From: Synechococcales cyanobacterium VAR_4_metabat_354 | Lineage (GTDB): Bacteria > Cyanobacteriota > Cyanobacteriia > Cyanobacteriales > Chamaesiphonaceae | Assembly (NCBI GenBank): GCA_031414775.1 | Contig: JANOQI010000024.1 | Location: 64,001-128,000, forward strand | Direction: 5' to 3' | DNA length: 64,000 bases | In this document: piece by piece, positions 31,351 through 41,317 of the stretch | How positions within the stretch are numbered: position 1 is the first letter of the stretch | Layout of the letters: each line of letters opens with the position of its first letter | Translations under genes and position numbers: made by a program | The notes under the pieces: model-generated | What the model saw: the letters and a program-made list of their open reading frames with translations, nothing else | What the model was told of the DNA's origin: nothing | Databases searched by the model: none

Positions 31351-31725
31351 ATGAAACCACCCCATTTACCCACAGCGATCATTTTGACTGATGCCAATAC
31401 TACTGTGAGTAAAACAATCCTCGACTGGACTCCGCAACCGGGTGATTATTTAGAACATGAGAACAGTACCTATGCGGTATTGGAACGGCGGCATCGCTAT
31501 CAATATAAATCTGGTCGGTATCGCCTCCAGGAAATTGCTTTATATGTGCAGCTGGCCACCCGTCCCACTGAACGGACGATGATTGCTGGTCAGTGGGTGA
31601 TTGGTGATGCAACTTGTATTTACAATGCTCAGTCGGAGTTGTTGCGCTGTGCTGTTTTACCGGCTGGTCCTTGTGCAGACTGTGGGTTCTATGTGTCTCA
31701 ACCTAACGTCCCGGACTCTAATTGA
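31351..31725 (+). CDS. Conserved cyanobacterial protein (DUF6464-like, C-terminal Cys motif)
   Basis: PQPGDYL, VLERRHRY, IGDATC..NA.SELLRCAV.P.GPC..C. Confidence 0.7.
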   Translation: MKPPHLPTAIILTDANTTVSKTILDWTPQPGDYLEHENSTYAVLERRHRYQYKSGRYRLQEIALYVQLATRPTERTMIAGQWVIGDATCIYNAQSELLRCAVLPAGPCADCGFYVSQPNVPDSN

Positions 31726-31982
31726 TCTAAATAGATAAATTCTGGAGATTTTACCCCTGCTTCCGCCCTGATTTTGACCAATGCCGGAGATTCAAAAAAT
31801 TGCTGGGCGTGATCGATCGATATCCAAGTTGAAAAATGCACTATTTTGTTGGGGTTATCTGTATATTTTAAAACCTGATAGGCGCTCTCCCCGGCTGCTT
31901 GGCGAATACCTGCCGCATCGTCAAAAATCTTCTTCCATGACTGGTAGTCGGCAACTTCATGAATAATCAATACATATTGCAT
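31698..31982 (-). CDS. Antibiotic biosynthesis monooxygenase-like (dimeric alpha-beta barrel) protein
   Basis: HEVADYQSWKKIFD...AGVKSP pattern, 94 aa. Confidence 0.65.
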   Translation of the reverse strand: MQYVLIIHEVADYQSWKKIFDDAAGIRQAAGESAYQVLKYTDNPNKIVHFSTWISIDHAQQFFESPALVKIRAEAGVKSPEFIYLDQLESGTLG

Positions 31983-32027
31983 AATTTTAGCTATTTTGTA
32001 CTACCGCAAACTTAATTTTAGTCTGGA

Positions 32028-32672
32028 ATGACCAACTTGATTTCCAATATCTTGCAAGGTATCACTGCTTTTGTCGCCACCAATTTAGATGATGTAGTGG
32101 TGTTAATCGTCTTCTTCACCCAGATAGATAAAACTGAGCGTCCCTGGCATATTGTCACTGGTCAATATTTGGGATTTTGTCTATTACTGTTACTCAGTTT
32201 GCCTGGCTATCTTGGTGGAACTCTGTTGCCACCGCACTGGATCGGTCTGTTAGGCTTGCTGCCTTTAGCGATCGGACTCCAGCTGTTGTTTACTGACAAC
32301 CAAGATGACGAATCGGCACAAATGGTCAGTAATCCTCTGCTGCCAAGACTTTCAGCTTTTTGCCCACCGCGCATTTTACAAGTAGCCGCCGTCACCGTAG
32401 CCAATGGTGGAGACAATATCGGCATCTATGTACCACTGTTTGCCAGCAAGAATTTGATTGGTCTGCTAGAAATCATTGGTACTTTTTTAGTGATGGTCGG
32501 CATCTGGTGCTGGCTGGCTTGGCACTTAGTCAAACAGCCGGCAATTGGCCAACTATTTAGCAAATATGGCGATCGATTAGTCCCTTGGGTATTTATTGCT
32601 TTGGGCTGCTATATTCTGTATGAGAGTGGCACCATCACTTATTTTTTTAACGCCCCTCCGATCGCTAAGTAA
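32028..32672 (+). CDS. Cadmium resistance transporter (CadD family)
   Basis: [31 protein letters not shown]. Confidence 0.9.
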   Translation: MTNLISNILQGITAFVATNLDDVVVLIVFFTQIDKTERPWHIVTGQYLGFCLLLLLSLPGYLGGTLLPPHWIGLLGLLPLAIGLQLLFTDNQDDESAQMVSNPLLPRLSAFCPPRILQVAAVTVANGGDNIGIYVPLFASKNLIGLLEIIGTFLVMVGIWCWLAWHLVKQPAIGQLFSKYGDRLVPWVFIALGCYILYESGTITYFFNAPPIAK

Positions 32673-32683
32673 AAGAATTTATC

Positions 32684-33592
32684 ATGACTAAATCAAAAGA
32701 TTTTATTAGTCGATTTATCGTGCCCCCCCTGCAAGGTCGTAATACAACAGGCGATCGACATATTTCATTGCAACAAGATTATAACCCAGCGGATAAAGCT
32801 GATGTTTTAGATAAAACTGAGGGGCAAAAAAGATTACAGACTGGAATTGCAGCACTCGCTCAATATCAAAATGTGCTTTATGCTCAAAACACCTACGCAC
32901 TGTTGATTATTTTCCAGGCGATGGATGCCGCTGGGAAAGACAGCACCATTAAACATGTCATGTCAGGGATTAATCCCCAAGGTTGCCAGGTGTTTAGCTT
33001 TAAGGTACCTTCAGCAGAAGAGTTAGATCATGACTATCTCTGGCGATATTTTAAAGCGCTACCAGAAAGGGGGCGCATTGGTATTTTCAATCGCTCTTAC
33101 TACGAAGAAACTTTGGTCGTGCGAGTACATCCAGAAATTTTAGAGCAGCAGCAATTGCCGCCGCACTCCAAGGATCAGCATATCTGGAAACACCGTTTTC
33201 AGGAGATCAACAATTTTGAGGAATATTTGGTCAGGAACGGAGTTGTGATTCTCAAGTTCTTTTTGAATGTTTCTAAAGAAAAGCAAAAAAGTCGTTTTCT
33301 AGAAAGAATCGATATGCCAGAAAAGAATTGGAAATTTTCAGAAAGTGATGCCCAAGAGCGAGAACGCTGGGATGATTATATGAAAGCTTATGGGGATGTT
33401 TTTAACCATACTAGTACTACCTGGGCACCATGGTATATCATTCCAGCCGACCATAAATGGTTCACTCATTTAGCTGTGGCTGAGATCATTTGCCAAAAAC
33501 TAAAGGAACTTGATCTAAAGTATCCAGAAATTAGCAAAGAAAAAAAGCAGGAATTATTAATGGCAAGGCAGATTTTGGAAAGTCAAACATAA
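32684..33592 (+). CDS. ppk2: Polyphosphate kinase 2 family protein (class III-like)
   Basis: [53 protein letters not shown]. Confidence 0.92.
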   Translation: MTKSKDFISRFIVPPLQGRNTTGDRHISLQQDYNPADKADVLDKTEGQKRLQTGIAALAQYQNVLYAQNTYALLIIFQAMDAAGKDSTIKHVMSGINPQGCQVFSFKVPSAEELDHDYLWRYFKALPERGRIGIFNRSYYEETLVVRVHPEILEQQQLPPHSKDQHIWKHRFQEINNFEEYLVRNGVVILKFFLNVSKEKQKSRFLERIDMPEKNWKFSESDAQERERWDDYMKAYGDVFNHTSTTWAPWYIIPADHKWFTHLAVAEIICQKLKELDLKYPEISKEKKQELLMARQILESQT

Positions 33593-33643
33593 AATGACTG
33601 TTTTCCATTCTCCAGAACGAGCCATTTTGAATGGCTAAGAGTT

Positions 33644-34705
33644 CTAAAGCACGACCAGCGGTAGAATAATTCCGCCGCCTAGGACTACTTCACCGTCGTA
33701 CCACACAGCAGCTTGACCTGGTGTAATACCGAATTGTGGCTCGTCGAAAACGATCTTTGCTCGACCATCTGGTAAAGGAATAAACGTGGCCGGGGCGGTA
33801 GTCGATCGATATCTAATTTGCACGGCTGCCTTGATGGGCGTGGCGGGTGGGGCGATCGATACCCAATTGATCCGATCGACCACCAATTCTGAGCTGTGGG
33901 TTTCAGCTCGCGAACCTACCACTACCTGATTTTTACCCACATCCAAAGACACCACATACAATGGTTCGGCTGCCGCCACCCCAATGCCGCGCCGTTGACC
34001 GATCGTGTAGTGGTGAATGCCAGTATGCTGACCCAGGACTTGACCTTGGCAACTCACAATATCTCCCGGCTTTTCCGCCAGATATTGATCCAAAAAGGAC
34101 TGCATTGAACCGTGTTTTTCTACCAAGCACAGATCCATACTCTCTGGTTTTTCAGCGGTGGAAAGACCAAGCTGGTTGGCAACTTGGCGGGTTTCAGTTT
34201 TATGCATTTCACCCAACGGAAATAAAGTCGCGGCCAACATCTCTTGGGTTAAATCATAGAGAAAATAAGACTGGTCCTTCGTTTTGTCTACTGCCCGTTG
34301 CAATTGATAGCGACCCGTATCCTCATTAAAAGTGATCCGGGCATAGTGACCAGTGGCGATTCGATCGATCCCCCATTGCTCCTGAGCATATTTCACCATC
34401 GGACCAAATTTCACTGCACTATTACATTGCGAACAGGGCAAGGGCGTAATGCCAGATTCATAGCCGGTGACCAAATAGTTCACAATGTATTTTTCAAACT
34501 TCTCGCGGCTATCAACGATATGATGTTCGATGTTCAACTGTTCGCAAATCCGTGCCGCATCGGTCATGCCTTCAGAGCAACACTGCCCCTTTCCCTTCAT
34601 TAACCACAGAGTTAAACCCACCACTTCGTAACCCTGGCGACAAAGCAAGGCCGCAGCCACGGAGCTATCTACACCCCCAGAGAGGCCCACGACAACTTTT
34701 TTCAT
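33644..34705 (-). CDS. mnmA: tRNA 2-thiouridine(34) synthase
   Basis: [46 protein letters not shown]. Confidence 0.97.
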   Translation of the reverse strand: MKKVVVGLSGGVDSSVAAALLCRQGYEVVGLTLWLMKGKGQCCSEGMTDAARICEQLNIEHHIVDSREKFEKYIVNYLVTGYESGITPLPCSQCNSAVKFGPMVKYAQEQWGIDRIATGHYARITFNEDTGRYQLQRAVDKTKDQSYFLYDLTQEMLAATLFPLGEMHKTETRQVANQLGLSTAEKPESMDLCLVEKHGSMQSFLDQYLAEKPGDIVSCQGQVLGQHTGIHHYTIGQRRGIGVAAAEPLYVVSLDVGKNQVVVGSRAETHSSELVVDRINWVSIAPPATPIKAAVQIRYRSTTAPATFIPLPDGRAKIVFDEPQFGITPGQAAVWYDGEVVLGGGIILPLVVL

Positions 34706-34745
34706 GATCTTCTTAAATCAACTTGACTAGTTCTTACATTTTATT

Positions 34746-35645
34746 ATGGCTTACTTTTCTGACCCCGCCGACATCCGTGATTTGATTGCCGACTATGCCC
34801 AAAGGGAATGTCTGTGGTTGGATACCGAAGTAGCCGATTGTTTTACAAAAAAACCTCGCCTGTCATTGATTCAGATCTCCCATGTGAGTAATGATTTGGT
34901 GGGCGATCGATCGTCGGTGCTAGATGTTTTGGATCGATCAGATTTAGTAGCCGAATTTGTGGCTGCGATCATGAGTAATCCCCGCATTGAAAAAGTATTT
35001 CACAATGCCTCTTTCGATCTGCGCTACCTGGGCGGCACCCAGGCTACCAATGTGACCTGCACCCTCAAGATGGCCAGAAAAATGCCGGTGAAATTATTGC
35101 CTGTCCAGAACCACAAGCTCAAAACCCTCGCTGAATACTTTATCCCCAACGTCACAGTCGATAAAAGCGAGCAAGTTAGCGACTGGGGGCAACGACCGCT
35201 GACTGCCAACCAGCTTTTTTATGCCCAAATGGATGTGGTGTATTTGGCGCAGATTCATCAAAATTTATTGCAGCTTCAGGATCAAACGATCAAAATTGAC
35301 CCGATCACCGATAATGTGACCGAGCTATCGCGTTATTACCAAGAATTAGAAAATATGCTGAAGCCTTTGCTGATGGAACGCGACCAACTTAAAGAGCGTT
35401 TGCAAACGGCGATGACTGCCCAGAAATTAACCGAAACAGCGGATTATAAACTGCAAACTCAGAACCGGACAACTAAAAAAATATCTCTAGCTGAGCTAAG
35501 AGCTTTGCCCCTGGATTATCTGCCTCCAGATATTCAAATACCCTTGTCCAAAGAACTTCAGGAACAGCTGGGGGATTTAGTCGGAAAATTATCGATCGCC
35601 GTAGAACAGACTCAGTTCATTTCTCTAAAAACTAAAAAAAGCTGA
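34746..35645 (+). CDS. DEDDy 3'-5' exonuclease (RNase D-like) with C-terminal coiled-coil extension
   Basis: LWLDTE, KVFHNASFDL, SDWGQRPLT..QL.YAQMD. Confidence 0.85.
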   Translation: MAYFSDPADIRDLIADYAQRECLWLDTEVADCFTKKPRLSLIQISHVSNDLVGDRSSVLDVLDRSDLVAEFVAAIMSNPRIEKVFHNASFDLRYLGGTQATNVTCTLKMARKMPVKLLPVQNHKLKTLAEYFIPNVTVDKSEQVSDWGQRPLTANQLFYAQMDVVYLAQIHQNLLQLQDQTIKIDPITDNVTELSRYYQELENMLKPLLMERDQLKERLQTAMTAQKLTETADYKLQTQNRTTKKISLAELRALPLDYLPPDIQIPLSKELQEQLGDLVGKLSIAVEQTQFISLKTKKS

Positions 35646-35737
35646 AATGATCCCCAGCCCCCTTCCCATCACTAGGAATTAGTTGTAGCATTGATCCCAT
35701 ATATAAAAAAACCTTATAAATATTGATGGGGATCGCC

Positions 35738-36082
35738 ATGCAAGCTATTGACGACAGAAGCTGGAGTACCGAAGTTTTGAGTCTATCTCGCCTTACGCCC
35801 ATCTTGGTTAACTTTGGTGCTCCCTGGTGTGGACTGTGCCGGGTTTTACAACCATTGCTCAATCAATTTGAACCCCATCAATCCGGTCAAGTCAAACTGG
35901 TGAATATCAACACCGACGAAAATCTGAAATTGGCCAACGTCTACCGCATCACCACCTTGCCGACACTGTTATTAGTGGTAGATGGTGAAATTGTCCAAAG
36001 ACTAGAACGCTTTCGAGATCGAGAAGATTTGCGCCGGAGCCTAGAGCAGATTGTGATTCCAGCCGAGGCGGTTTCGGTTTAA
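35738..36082 (+). CDS. trxC: Atypical thioredoxin TrxC
   Basis: FGAPWCGLC active site; directly upstream of ndhF1; start could be 35726. Confidence 0.8.
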   Translation: MQAIDDRSWSTEVLSLSRLTPILVNFGAPWCGLCRVLQPLLNQFEPHQSGQVKLVNINTDENLKLANVYRITTLPTLLLVVDGEIVQRLERFRDREDLRRSLEQIVIPAEAVSV

Positions 36083-36216
36083 ATATTTTGATTTGCAGAA
36101 ATGTTAATGATTCACAGCCAGTAAGACTAGGCGCGATTATGATGATGTAAGGTGTTTTACACTCTTTCTCTACAGCAAGAGTGCTAGCATCTACTGGACT
36201 ATTATTAATCGAGCTA

Positions 36217-38250
36217 ATGGAATCACTTTATACATATGCGTGGCTGATTCCGGTTCTGCCGTTGTTGGGAGCCATGCTAGTTGGTTTAGGGTTAATCTCT
36301 TTCAACAAGTTTACGAATAGCTTGCGGCAGGTGAATGCCGTCGTAATTATCTCTTTACTCGGCGCGGCACTGGCAATGTCTGGGGGCTTGCTCTGGAGCC
36401 AAATTCAAGGCCATGCAACCTATTTGTACTCCTTTGACTGGGCAGCAGCCGGAGATTTTCACCTGACGATGGGCTACACGGTCGATCACCTGACAGCGCT
36501 GATGTTAGTGATTGTCACGACAGTGGCCTTGCTAGTCATGATTTACACTAACGGATACATGGCTCATGACCCCAGCTATGTCAGATTCTATGCCTATTTG
36601 AGCCTTTTTAGCTCCTCAATGCTAGGTTTAGTACTTAGTCCCAATTTAGTGCAGGTCTACATTTTTTGGGAATTGGTGGGGATGTGTTCCTACCTATTGA
36701 TTGGTTTTTGGTTCGATCGCAAAGCCGCCGCCGATGCCTGTCAAAAAGCCTTTGTGGTTAACCGGGTCGGAGACTTTGGTTTATTGCTAGGGATGCTCGG
36801 TTTGTACTGGGCAACTGGCAGTTTTGATTTTGTGATCATGGGCGATCGGCTGCAAGCGCTAGTTAGCTCTGGAGCGATTAGCAGTGGCTTGGCCATTATG
36901 TTTGCAGTACTGGTCTTTATGGGACCAGTGGCCAAATCAGCGCAAGCACCTCTCCATGTCTGGCTCCCAGATGCGATGGAAGGTCCTACGCCCATTTCAG
37001 CCTTGATTCATGCAGCCACAATGGTGGCTGCTGGTGTTTTCTTGATTGCCCGGATGTACCCAGTGTTCGAGCACATCCCGGCAGTAATGAATGTGATTGC
37101 CTGGACTGGGGCGACTACCGCCTTTATTGGTGCCACCACGGCCATTACCCAAAATGACATCAAGAAAGGCTTAGCCTATTCCACCATGTCGCAGTTGGGC
37201 TACATGGTAATGGCGATGGGAGTTGGCGCTTACTCCGCTGGCCTATTTCACCTGATGACCCATGCTTACTTCAAAGCCATGCTCTTTTTGGGTTCCGGCT
37301 CCGTCATTCATGGCATGGAAGAAGTCGTAGGCCACAATCCGGCCTTGGCACAAGATATGCGGTTAATGGGCGGTTTGCGTAAACATATGCCAATTACCGC
37401 GCTAACTTTCCTGTTAGGAACTTTGGCTATTTCGGGGATTCCGCCCTTTGCTGGCTTTTGGTCGAAGGACGAAATTCTGGGCGAAGCTTTTAAAGCCAAT
37501 CCTGCTTTGTGGGTAGTCGGCTGGCTCACTGCTGGGATGACTGCTTTTTATATGTTTAGAATGTATTTCAGCACCTTTGAAGGAGGCTTTCGTGGCCAAG
37601 ATGAAAGCATTAAGTCTGAGTTGCTGGGCTTACCCAACTTTGGCCCCGGTGCTATGAATGTACAGGAGTTGGCACAGCCAGATGCCCAAAGCGCTGATCA
37701 CCATCATGCCGATACCCCCCATGAATCTCCTTGGAGCATGACGTTACCGCTGGTGATGTTGGCAGTGCCCTCTGCTTTGATTGGCTTGGTAGGAACGCCT
37801 TTTCATAATTACTTTGCCGAGTTTATCCATGCACCGGGTGCGATCGAAGCTACCCATGAGTTCGACATGATGGAATTTATCATCATGGGTGGCAACTCGG
37901 TGGGAATTGCCCTGATTGGTATTACTTTAGCTTCGTTGATGTATCTGCAAAAGAAAATTAATCCGCGCGAGATTGCGGCTAAGATTCCAACTGTCTATCA
38001 ATTATCACTAAATAAGTGGTACTTCGATAATATTTACAACCAAGTATTTGTGGTGGGCTTACGACGGTTAGCTAGACAGGTAATGGAGGTGGATTATCGG
38101 GTGGTAGATGGAGCTGTGAATATTACTGGCTTGGCTACATTGCTGGGTGGCGAGGGACTGAAGTACTTTGAAAATGGCCGTGCTCAGTTCTATGCTCTAA
38201 TTTTCTTTGGTGCCATTTTGGTCATGGTGGTGGTATTTGGGGTGACTTAA
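36217..38250 (+). CDS. ndhF1: NAD(P)H-quinone oxidoreductase subunit 5 (NdhF1)
   Basis: YAWLIPVLPL, KAFVVNRVGD, KSAQ.PLHVWLPDAMEGPTPISALIHAATMV, GFWSKDEI, HESP. Confidence 0.95.
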   Translation: MESLYTYAWLIPVLPLLGAMLVGLGLISFNKFTNSLRQVNAVVIISLLGAALAMSGGLLWSQIQGHATYLYSFDWAAAGDFHLTMGYTVDHLTALMLVIVTTVALLVMIYTNGYMAHDPSYVRFYAYLSLFSSSMLGLVLSPNLVQVYIFWELVGMCSYLLIGFWFDRKAAADACQKAFVVNRVGDFGLLLGMLGLYWATGSFDFVIMGDRLQALVSSGAISSGLAIMFAVLVFMGPVAKSAQAPLHVWLPDAMEGPTPISALIHAATMVAAGVFLIARMYPVFEHIPAVMNVIAWTGATTAFIGATTAITQNDIKKGLAYSTMSQLGYMVMAMGVGAYSAGLFHLMTHAYFKAMLFLGSGSVIHGMEEVVGHNPALAQDMRLMGGLRKHMPITALTFLLGTLAISGIPPFAGFWSKDEILGEAFKANPALWVVGWLTAGMTAFYMFRMYFSTFEGGFRGQDESIKSELLGLPNFGPGAMNVQELAQPDAQSADHHHADTPHESPWSMTLPLVMLAVPSALIGLVGTPFHNYFAEFIHAPGAIEATHEFDMMEFIIMGGNSVGIALIGITLASLMYLQKKINPREIAAKIPTVYQLSLNKWYFDNIYNQVFVVGLRRLARQVMEVDYRVVDGAVNITGLATLLGGEGLKYFENGRAQFYALIFFGAILVMVVVFGVT

Positions 38251-38277
38251 ATCATCGCTAAGTATTGCCACAAATAA

Positions 38278-38318
38278 AAATGACCAGCTAGATACTAAAC
38301 CTAGTTGGTCATTTATTT
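38278..38318. terminator. Rho-independent terminator between convergent genes
   Basis: AAATGACCAGCTAG-9 nt-CTAGTTGGTCATTT followed by ATTT. Confidence 0.75.
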
Positions 38319-38355
38319 CTGATTGTTAATTATTGCCGGATACTTTTATTACAGC

Positions 38356-39054
38356 TCAACTCAAATATTGACTCCATTCTGCCAGCGCTGCGGGTGAACC
38401 ATACCAAGGATCTTTTGATCGGGGAGAGTGTTTGATATTTTCAATCACTAAATTCTTAGCACCTGCTAAATGTGCTGCTTCGATCGGAGTAATGCCATCG
38501 CCCCAGGTATGGCCAGTGCCGCAGGTTAATTTATAGCTTTGGTAAGCTAACAAACTACCCCATTTACGCTCGCCGTAAATAGACTTACCAGCCACACAGA
38601 CATAATTTACATCTGGGTAAAAAGCCCCTGGATAATTATCATTGACAAAGTTTAAATTCTTTCTTGTCCATTTCTCGCCGCTGAACTGCGGAGTTCCCAG
38701 GCAAATCAAAGTGGCCACTTGCCCATGAGCATTCCACAGACCCGCTTCAGCAGTAACATCATTGTGGATGGTGTAAGGCAGCTCTCCTAAGTACATTCGA
38801 GCAATCCAGCCCCCGGCGGAATGACCGATCAAATTAATTTTATCTACTCCCGGCTCGGCTAATACCGCTGTGACAGTTTCGTGTAAGAGGCGTAAAATTG
38901 GTACCATCGATCGACCGCCAATCGTCGGCACCCAATCACTGAAACGTATGGGCACCAAGGTGGTGGGCGAACCTTGTTGAGCTAAAGCTTCAGCTAAGGG
39001 AAGGTAAGCGGTAGAACTTTCTAGATATCCAGGTAAAATAACAGTCGGGAGCAT
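38356..39054 (-). CDS. Lipase/esterase (alpha/beta hydrolase, PGAP1-like)
   Basis: ILPGY, LIGHSAGGW, LGTP, WGDGITP, H in IKHSP. Confidence 0.8.
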   Translation of the reverse strand: MLPTVILPGYLESSTAYLPLAEALAQQGSPTTLVPIRFSDWVPTIGGRSMVPILRLLHETVTAVLAEPGVDKINLIGHSAGGWIARMYLGELPYTIHNDVTAEAGLWNAHGQVATLICLGTPQFSGEKWTRKNLNFVNDNYPGAFYPDVNYVCVAGKSIYGERKWGSLLAYQSYKLTCGTGHTWGDGITPIEAAHLAGAKNLVIENIKHSPRSKDPWYGSPAALAEWSQYLS

Positions 39055-39190
39055 GGCGGAGAATTGATAATTGTTTTCTATTTTCGGCGATATCGAGAGA
39101 ATTTTGGGGCAGCCGGATATTGCCACCTCAAAAACCATGCTCAACTAATCCACCACTCTGGCCTATCAATCTGGTAGTATCGATTTTGAC

Positions 39191-40270
39191 ATGCTAGATA
39201 CTTCTTTCTCCCGTCCTCAATCGTCAAAGTCCGCTATCTTATCTCAGGTGGTGGCGGTTGTTATTTCTACCGGGATAAATTATCTCCTGGCTAGCAATTT
39301 AGGATTATTTGCGCGGTTCAATACCCTCCCCAGTCGTCCGCTGATTGGTGGGGTGAAGGTCGTAGAACTTACCCCTGCCGAGAAAACGCGCGTTCCCGCT
39401 GCGGCAAAAGCAGATCCTTTGACCCTGACACCTAGTCCGCTAAACCCATCGTCAACTGCTCTGCCACCCTTTGGCCAAAGTAATCCGATGCCTAGCAATC
39501 AGGCTCCAGGGGTGTTGCCGTTCCCGACTGTTAACTCCAATCAATCTCGTCCCAAAAAGCCCAATGCTTTTAGTCCTAAGACTAAATCCAAGAATCCATT
39601 TTCTAAGGGAGTGCCGGTGGCAACACCAAAGCTATCGAAACCTAGTAAGCGATCGATCCCCATTAAAACCGGTACTGCATCACCCACAAGCTTAGACACT
39701 GAGCCGCTTCAGACCCCAGGTATTAAGCTCACTCCCCAGCCGACATCCGATAACCTCGACGGCTTCCCAACGCCGCCAGCCAGATTTCCCAAGAGTATTC
39801 CACAGACACCTGGACCCAACACATCAGATAATAACCAAACACCTTCCGAAGACTTAAAAACGGCGTTGAAAAACAGTGATGAAATTGTGAAGGGTTTACC
39901 ACCTGGACAGGTTCTACTCGGTGGCAAACTAGATTCTCAATCTTATCCTCCTAATAAATTTAGGATTGCGCGGGCGGCCAGTAATAATGGGTATATGGTC
40001 ATTCTTGTTAGTGTCGAACCGGATTTAAAGTCCAATCAATTGATTACAGATATTAAAAGAATTGCTCCATCCAATAACCTCAAAAAACTTGATGAAAGTC
40101 TTAAGCCCCAAAAGCTAATTGATACAATTATTACCGATCCTCCATTTGCAAAATTGCTCGACCAGGCTCAAAGCAAAGCCCGCGATGGTTATAAAAATCT
40201 TAAGACTAAGCCCGCAGTGGTGTATTATCGCTTTCCCATTCCATTTTTAGTTACCCCTTCTTCACCATAA
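39191..40270 (+). CDS. Pro/Ser/Lys-rich single-pass membrane protein (TonB-like architecture)
   Basis: N-terminal TM helix, VVELTPAEK.RVP, long proline-rich linker, compact C-terminal domain. Confidence 0.5.
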   Translation: MLDTSFSRPQSSKSAILSQVVAVVISTGINYLLASNLGLFARFNTLPSRPLIGGVKVVELTPAEKTRVPAAAKADPLTLTPSPLNPSSTALPPFGQSNPMPSNQAPGVLPFPTVNSNQSRPKKPNAFSPKTKSKNPFSKGVPVATPKLSKPSKRSIPIKTGTASPTSLDTEPLQTPGIKLTPQPTSDNLDGFPTPPARFPKSIPQTPGPNTSDNNQTPSEDLKTALKNSDEIVKGLPPGQVLLGGKLDSQSYPPNKFRIARAASNNGYMVILVSVEPDLKSNQLITDIKRIAPSNNLKKLDESLKPQKLIDTIITDPPFAKLLDQAQSKARDGYKNLKTKPAVVYYRFPIPFLVTPSSP

Positions 40271-40279
40271 TTTTTTTCC

Positions 40280-41314
40280 ATGGATGCATTTTTTCGCCAG
40301 CAATTATTGACCGCTGTGCCGCGCCTGCATGAACTAATCGACAAGTTTTCCCGCGCCAAGATATTAGTAATTGGCGACCTGACCCTCGATGAATTTATGG
40401 TGGGACAGACTGAGCGGATTTCGCGCGAAGCACCCGTTTTGATTTTGCGCCACGAATATACCCGCCAAGTCCCCGGTGGGGGTGCTAATGCTGTTTATAA
40501 CCTAGCTAAACTCGGTGCTCAAGTTAAAGCAGTGGGATTGGTGGGTAACGATATCCAGGGCGAGGCACTGCGCCAAATTTTCCAAGAGGTGGGCATTAAC
40601 ACCCAAGGCATATTAGTTGATGCTGATAGACCTACTGTAACTAAAACTCGTATTTCTGGACACGCCCGGCAGTCCGTGACTCAGCAAGTGGTCAGGATCG
40701 ATCGGAAGTCTGATCAATTGCCTGCGCTCGAACTGCAAAAAGCTTTAGCAGAATATATTCGCCAAGAATCGGTGGGAATGGATGCTGTTGTTTGTTCTGA
40801 CTACGGGGACGGGGTATTTGTGGGTCATACCGGCGTATCGCCAGTCATTGGCGCGGCCTTGCCCCATCAGCGATGTATCGTAGATGCCCAAGCCGATCTT
40901 GGTCGCTATCAAGGGGCGACAATTTTCACACCGAACTTACCCGAAGCTGAGCTAGCAGCTGGTTATGCGATCGATAGCCCGGCGGTGCTCACCCAAGCTG
41001 GGCATGAGTTGATTAAGTTAACCAATGCTAAACAGATGTTGATCACCAGAGGTGATGAAGGCATGAGTTTGTTTGAAGCTCATGGTCAACAGCAGCACAT
41101 TCCAGCCTTTAATCGCACCGACGTATTTGATGTGACGGGTGCCGGTGATACCGTGGTTGCCGCTTTGACCTTGGCGCTTTGTGCCGGAGCAAATTTTTGG
41201 GAAGCCGCTGTGCTGGGCAACTTAGCGGCCAGTATTGTGATTCGGCAGGTGGGAACAGCCACCACTAATCCAACCGAGCTAAAAGCAGTGCTGGCGGAAA
41301 TTTTGGAAGATTAA
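40280..41314 (+). CDS. D-glycero-beta-D-manno-heptose-7-phosphate kinase (RfaE domain I/HldA, PfkB family)
   Basis: LVIGDL.LDEF, RISREAPV, PGGGAN, RPTVTKTR, SDYGDG, TPNLPE, DVTGAGDT. Confidence 0.88.
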   Translation: MDAFFRQQLLTAVPRLHELIDKFSRAKILVIGDLTLDEFMVGQTERISREAPVLILRHEYTRQVPGGGANAVYNLAKLGAQVKAVGLVGNDIQGEALRQIFQEVGINTQGILVDADRPTVTKTRISGHARQSVTQQVVRIDRKSDQLPALELQKALAEYIRQESVGMDAVVCSDYGDGVFVGHTGVSPVIGAALPHQRCIVDAQADLGRYQGATIFTPNLPEAELAAGYAIDSPAVLTQAGHELIKLTNAKQMLITRGDEGMSLFEAHGQQQHIPAFNRTDVFDVTGAGDTVVAALTLALCAGANFWEAAVLGNLAASIVIRQVGTATTNPTELKAVLAEILED

Positions 41315-41317
41315 CCA

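Noticed and set aside
35738..38250. WCGLC thioredoxin next to ndhF1 as a novelty
   Set aside because: The TrxC family and this neighbourhood are already known in cyanobacteria
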